NCBI GenBank assembly: GCA_947165365.1
Contig: CAMVAF010000002.1
Span: forward strand, 4,895-68,894
Length of the DNA: 64,000 bases
Reading direction: 5' to 3'
Source: an uncultured Clostridia bacterium
GTDB lineage: Bacteria > Bacillota_I > Bacilli_A > RF39 > UBA660
In this document: piece by piece, positions 60,105-64,000 of the stretch
Position numbering within the stretch: the stretch's first letter is position 1
Layout of the letters: each line of letters opens with the position of its first letter
Notes under the pieces: model-generated
Told to the model about the DNA's origin: nothing
What the model saw: only the letters and a program-made list of their open reading frames with translations
The model's database searches: none
Program-made: the position numbers and the translations under genes

Positions 60105-61202
60105 ATGGAAAAAGTAATAAAGTTAGCAAAAATAATTGTTAATCATAGTTTAAAAGTAAAAGAAAATGATAAAGTATTAATATCATATCAAGGAATAGAA
60201 AGTATGCCTTTAGTTAAAGAAATAGTTAAAGAAGTAATTAATAAAAAAGGTGTTGTAAAAGCAGAGTACACTAATCAAGATATTGATAATTATATAAGAG
60301 AAAATTTAACTGATGAAATAATTTTAAATAAGACCAATGAAATGAAATATCAAGTTGAAAATTATGATTGTTTTGTAAGAATTTGTTATCGAAAAAGTGA
60401 TTATTATGATAAATATACTGATCTTGATATGAAAAATAAGTTAATGGAAAGTATGAAACCTTATAAAGAAATACAAGTAAATGAAAGACGTTGGGTACTA
60501 CTTAATTATCCATCGATTGTCGATGCTACAAAAGCTCATATGACACCAAGTGAGTTTTATGATTTCTCGATGGATGCTATGACCGCTGATTATGAAGAAA
60601 TGTATAAAAATAGCCTACCACTAAAAGAATTAATGGAAAAAACCGATAAAGTAAGAATAGTTGCTCCTAATACGGATATAACCTTTAGTATTAAAGGACT
60701 ACCTGCTATTATTTGTGCAGGAACTTCTAATATTCCAGATGGAGAGTGTTTTACAGCACCTGTTAAAGATTCTGTTAATGGTACTATTACCTATAATGTT
60801 CCAAGTCCATATCATGGAGAAATATTTACTAATGTTAGTTTAACTTTTAAAGATGGTAAAATAATTAAAGCAAGTTCTAATAATAATGAAAAATTAAAAG
60901 AAATCTTTGCAACTGATGAAGGAGCAAGATATGTTGGAGAATTCTCATTAGGATATAATAATGTAATTAAAGAACCTATGGGAGATATTTTATTTGATGA
61001 AAAGATAGCAGGTAGTATTCACTTTACACCAGGATGCTCATATGATGAATGTCCCAATGGTAATAAATCCAATATTCACTGGGATTTAGTATTAATTCAA
61101 AGACCAGAATATGGTGGGGGAGAAATCTATTTTGATGATGTTTTAATAAGAAAAGATGGACAATTTGTTCTTGATGAATTAAAACATTTAAATTATAAAT
61201 AA
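60105..61202 (+). CDS. M29-family aminopeptidase (AmpS/PepS-like)
   Basis: 365 aa; N-terminal LAKIIVNHSL..KENDKVLI and overall pattern of thermophilic-type aminopeptidases. Confidence 0.75.
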   Translation: MEKVIKLAKIIVNHSLKVKENDKVLISYQGIESMPLVKEIVKEVINKKGVVKAEYTNQDIDNYIRENLTDEIILNKTNEMKYQVENYDCFVRICYRKSDYYDKYTDLDMKNKLMESMKPYKEIQVNERRWVLLNYPSIVDATKAHMTPSEFYDFSMDAMTADYEEMYKNSLPLKELMEKTDKVRIVAPNTDITFSIKGLPAIICAGTSNIPDGECFTAPVKDSVNGTITYNVPSPYHGEIFTNVSLTFKDGKIIKASSNNNEKLKEIFATDEGARYVGEFSLGYNNVIKEPMGDILFDEKIAGSIHFTPGCSYDECPNGNKSNIHWDLVLIQRPEYGGGEIYFDDVLIRKDGQFVLDELKHLNYK

Positions 61203-61308
61203 TGTCTAAAAAATATTGACAATAATGTAACTTTTATGATATATTACTCTCACATAAGTGATTATGTTATGCATAAAATGCATATAATATTAATGCTACA
61301 ATGTAGCC

Positions 61309-61424
61309 AAAAAAGCAGGTGAAGCCAGCCTTAAATGGCAACTAAAAAAGTGAGTGAAGCCAGCTCTATAAATGGCAGCTAAAAAAGTGAGTGAAGCCAG
61401 CTCTATAAATGGCAATTAAAAAAG
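61309..61424 (+). ncRNA. ToxI/AntiQ-like type III antitoxin RNA: three tandem 35-37-nt repeats (61309-61343, 61344-61380, 61381-61417, plus a partial unit)
   Basis: Contiguous repeats AAAAAAG(C/T)(A/G)GGTGAAGCCAGC(C/T)(T/CTA)TAAATGGCA... with no spacers, preceded by a promoter (TTGACA 61217) and followed by a terminator and a ToxN-family gene. Confidence 0.7.
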
Positions 61425-61454
61425 TAGATTAGAGAGCACACTCTAATCTTTTTA
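61425..61454 (+). terminator. intrinsic terminator between the toxI-like repeats and toxN-like gene
   Basis: agattagagag-cacac-tctaatct + T5. This matches the ToxIN/AbiQ arrangement, where a terminator sets the antitoxin:toxin ratio. Confidence 0.7.
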
Positions 61455-61475
61455 CTAGATATGGGGGAAAATAAT

Positions 61476-61988
61476 ATGTACCGTAACTTAAAAATAGTAA
61501 AAATAGATTATCATTATTGTGATTATTTGAGAAATTTTGATTCAAAGGTTCCTTATAATGCTGGAAGAAAAGAATTAAGACCTTTTATAGGTATATTATT
61601 TATAATTGAAAAATGCGAATATTTTGCACCATTATCTAGTCCTAAAGAAAAACATAAAACAATAAGAAATACTCTTGATTTAATTAAAATAAAAAATGGA
61701 GAATATGGTGTCATTAATTTTAATAATATGTTACCAGTAACGAAAAATAACTACGAAGAAATAAATTTAAATACTACGAGCAATAATAAAAATGAAATGA
61801 GAAGAATAAATTTGTTAAATAATCAACTTCGATGGTTAAATACAAATAAGAAACAAATATTTCAAAAATCAAAATTGCTATATGATTTATATAAAAATAA
61901 TAAATTAAAAAGTAATATTAAAGATAGATGTTGTAATTTCTTGCTTTTAGAAGAGAAATGTCAGGAATATAATAAAGTGAAATTATAA
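61476..61988 (+). CDS. ToxN/AbiQ-family type III toxin endoribonuclease
   Basis: 171 aa from MYRNL. Blocks Y.YCDYLRNFDSKVP, RPFIGILF, YFAPLSSPKEKH, GVINFNNMLPV and CNFLLLEEK align with the ToxN landmarks (YIEYLKEFDDKVP, KAFIGIVL, YLAPLTSPKKWH, GLINLKFMIP, CNFSLLEEK). Confidence 0.8.
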   Translation: MYRNLKIVKIDYHYCDYLRNFDSKVPYNAGRKELRPFIGILFIIEKCEYFAPLSSPKEKHKTIRNTLDLIKIKNGEYGVINFNNMLPVTKNNYEEINLNTTSNNKNEMRRINLLNNQLRWLNTNKKQIFQKSKLLYDLYKNNKLKSNIKDRCCNFLLLEEKCQEYNKVKL

Positions 61989-61999
61989 ATAATGTCTAA

Positions 62000-62042
62000 A
62001 AATGTCAATAATAATAAAGATTAAATACTATTATTGACATTT
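62000..62042. promoter_or_regulatory. 14-bp perfect inverted repeat AAATGTCAATAATA-N15-TATTATTGACATTT overlapping the -35 of the promoter (TAAAAT -10 at 62057) for paralog A; a related AAATGTCAA...TTGACATTT dyad (62952-62995) precedes paralog B
   Basis: Read directly. Confidence 0.6.
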
Positions 62043-62082
62043 ATTTTTATGTTTTATAAAATAAAAATAGAAGGAGAATAAA

Positions 62083-62919
62083 ATGGAGAAAGAAAAAAAT
62101 ACTAAAACATTAATGACATTAATGATAATATGTGTATGTCTATCTATTACAACACTAGGAATTGTAATTTATGATAGATTTATAAGAAAAGAACCAGAAC
62201 ATGCGGTTTTAAAACCAATAACCATTGATAATAACAATAATTCATACAAGAAAATTGATGATAGCAAAGGAACGTACTATATTAATAAAGGAGATATTTA
62301 TCAGATATATTGGAATGGCGGAGTATATGATGGAGATGGTAAATTTAGTGAAAATAAATTAACAAACAAAAATAATGATAAATTAGACACATCATATCCA
62401 ATTATAAACATTGATACATTAAGTGTAAAAAATGTTAATGAAAAAATCAAGAAAATTTTTGATAAAGTATGGGAAATTTCAACAAATTATAATGGATGTA
62501 TGTGTATAAAAAAAGATGGAAAAATAATGTGTGATGAACATGTTTTATCACCATCATATGAAGTTAAAGAAACAGATAAATTTATAACAGTAATTATAAA
62601 TGAAAATTATGTTACGGGGTGTGCATCTGGACTTAACAAAATAACTACATTTACAATTGATAAAAAAACAGGAAAAGAAATGACAAATGAAGATATTGCC
62701 AAATATTTTGGATATACAATGGATCAAATATATAATAATTTAGCAAAATATTTATTAAATGAATACAAAGATAATATTAGTCAAAAAGAAATAGATGAAT
62801 ATTTAAAAGATAGTATTAATTTATTAATTGTTAATGATTTACTAGAAGTTAAATATGATAATATGATTGATGGTGATTCAATTAATAGTTATAGCGATAT
62901 TCTAAAAAACAGTAAGTAA
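62083..62919 (+). CDS. membrane-anchored hypothetical protein, paralog A
   Basis: GAAGGAGAATAAAATG RBS. The first ~50 aa (MEKEKNTKTL(M/I)TLMIICVCLSI.TLG.VIYDRFIRKEPEHAVLKPITIDNN) are nearly identical to paralog B; the C-terminal domains are unrelated. Confidence 0.4.
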   Translation: MEKEKNTKTLMTLMIICVCLSITTLGIVIYDRFIRKEPEHAVLKPITIDNNNNSYKKIDDSKGTYYINKGDIYQIYWNGGVYDGDGKFSENKLTNKNNDKLDTSYPIINIDTLSVKNVNEKIKKIFDKVWEISTNYNGCMCIKKDGKIMCDEHVLSPSYEVKETDKFITVIINENYVTGCASGLNKITTFTIDKKTGKEMTNEDIAKYFGYTMDQIYNNLAKYLLNEYKDNISQKEIDEYLKDSINLLIVNDLLEVKYDNMIDGDSINSYSDILKNSK

Positions 62920-63034
62920 TGACTAGTAATATAATTATAAACGATGTAAAAAAATGTCAATGATGATATTGATTAAATGTTATTGTTGACATTTATTTTA
63001 TTATTATATAAAATTAAACTAGAAGGAGAGTAAA

Positions 63035-63670
63035 ATGGAGAAAGAAAAAAATACTAAAACATTAATAACATTAATGATCATATGTGTATGTCTATCAATT
63101 GTAACACTAGGATTAGTTATTTATGATAGATTTATAAGAAAGGAACCAGAACATGCGGTTTTAAAACCAATAACCATTGATAATAATCAAATAGATAATA
63201 CAAAGGAAAGTAAGTGTCCAAAATGTGAGAGTAGTGCTGTATCTAATTTGGGTGAAAAAGTTAGCAGTGTCAAGAAAATGACAATTACTGAAACAAATCA
63301 AAATTTTAAAGTAGGTAGTAAAACTTTCCAAATAAGAAAAGATGATGTAGCATTATATGTTAATAATAAAAAACTTGATAATGAAGTTTTTGCAAATTTC
63401 GTATATGTAACTGATAAATTCGCTATTATTACTAGTGAATCACAATATGCTAATTATATTGCTTATGCACTCAATGAAGATGGATGGATTGTTGTAAATA
63501 GTAATGGATATAATCTAGATGAGAATAATTTTAAAGTAGTTGATGGTTACTTATATGCAAAGGGTTATGAAGAGGGATATGATGATAAAAATCAAGAAAT
63601 GGTGTATCATAGCATAGATGTTATTATTAAATACATTGATAATACTTTAATTGTAACAAAATTCAAGTAA
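63035..63670 (+). CDS. membrane-anchored hypothetical protein, paralog B
   Basis: Same RBS and N-terminal anchor as paralog A. Contains a CPKCES motif. Confidence 0.4.
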   Translation: MEKEKNTKTLITLMIICVCLSIVTLGLVIYDRFIRKEPEHAVLKPITIDNNQIDNTKESKCPKCESSAVSNLGEKVSSVKKMTITETNQNFKVGSKTFQIRKDDVALYVNNKKLDNEVFANFVYVTDKFAIITSESQYANYIAYALNEDGWIVVNSNGYNLDENNFKVVDGYLYAKGYEEGYDDKNQEMVYHSIDVIIKYIDNTLIVTKFK

Positions 63671-63689
63671 TATATAATTATAAAACCTT

Positions 63690-63720
63690 AAAATAAAAGA
63701 CCTCAAAAAAGGTCTTTTTA
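63690..63720. terminator. bidirectional terminator aaaagacctcaaaaaaggtctttt
   Basis: Perfect hairpin between convergent genes. Confidence 0.65.
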
Positions 63721-64000
63721 ACTTACAAAAGTATCTGCAAGACATTGCATAGCAAGTACACAATCTAAATCAATTGTAAAATAAGAATTACTATATGTAT
63801 ATGTTGTTACATCATCAATTGTGGTTGGAATAAGTACTCTAAATGTTGCACAGTTATCATCAACATTTTCTATTCTAAAGACAGTGCTAGACCCTTCTGT
63901 TCCATCAGGCAAAGTATAAGGCATTGTCCAATTAGTACCAGTACAACATGTAAATAGTGTAATAGGTCTTGTATTAAAACATACTTCCGTAGTAACAGGT
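63718..64000 (-). CDS. hypothetical protein, 5'-truncated by the window edge
   Basis: The minus-strand frame stays open from 63999 to the stop at 63718-63720. Cys/Thr-rich; no motif recognised. Confidence 0.3.
   Translation of the reverse strand, partial: PVTTEVCFNTRPITLFTCCTGTNWTMPYTLPDGTEGSSTVFRIENVDDNCATFRVLIPTTIDDVTTYTYSNSYFTIDLDCVLAMQCLADTFVS

Noticed and set aside
61309-61424. Tandem ~37-bp repeats that could superficially be mistaken for a CRISPR array
   Set aside because: The units are contiguous with no spacers, there are only three of them, and no cas genes are present. A ToxN-family gene follows a terminator, so the ToxI-like antitoxin RNA interpretation fits much better.

Overview
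This is a very AT-rich (~27-28% GC) window from a spore-forming low-GC Firmicute, probably Erysipelotrichia-like. The evidence is an alpha/beta-type SASP, spoVAC/AD/AEb, YjcZ-like peptides, and a tmRNA tag ending ...ALAFA. The conserved backbone is: aspartate racemase, tsaE-tsaB-rimI...tsaD, psd, iscS-like/thiI, rplI-dnaB(helicase), a LysM-M23 peptidase, a YycJ-like MBL hydrolase, rlmH, ung, cdd-like, htrA, dnaI-spoVA, rhomboid, cyclophilin, two CDF transporters, prsA, tmRNA (ssrA), and an M29 aminopeptidase. Positions ~19.9-38.0 kb form an ~18-kb defense/accessory island with no integrase or transposase. It holds a GmrSD-like (DUF262/DUF1524), MazG-like, GIY-YIG/DUF2075 operon, then a Sau3AI-family type II R-M (C5-MTase plus MutH-like REase). 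The R-M is translationally coupled to a putative SRA-like/Mrr-cat type IV nuclease. After that come an uncharacterised 527-aa protein, a NERD-Zn-ribbon three-gene operon, an S-box (SAM-I-like) riboswitch in front of a small Cys-rich ORF, an AbiEi/AbiEii pair with a palindromic operator, and a 678-aa tandem metallophosphoesterase with a TfoX-N protein. Outside the island there are four further accessory units. A complete type III toxin-antitoxin (three 35-37-nt ToxI-like repeats, terminator, ToxN/AbiQ-family toxin) is bounded by 23-bp direct repeats. A class IIb two-peptide double-glycine bacteriocin locus has a C39-ABC exporter. A HipA-like kinase gene is flanked by identical 36-bp terminator copies. 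A DUF4143 AAA ATPase cassette is flanked by 33-bp direct repeats and preceded by four AATTACCGAA boxes phased at exactly 23 bp. No CRISPR array, rRNA or tRNA genes were seen.
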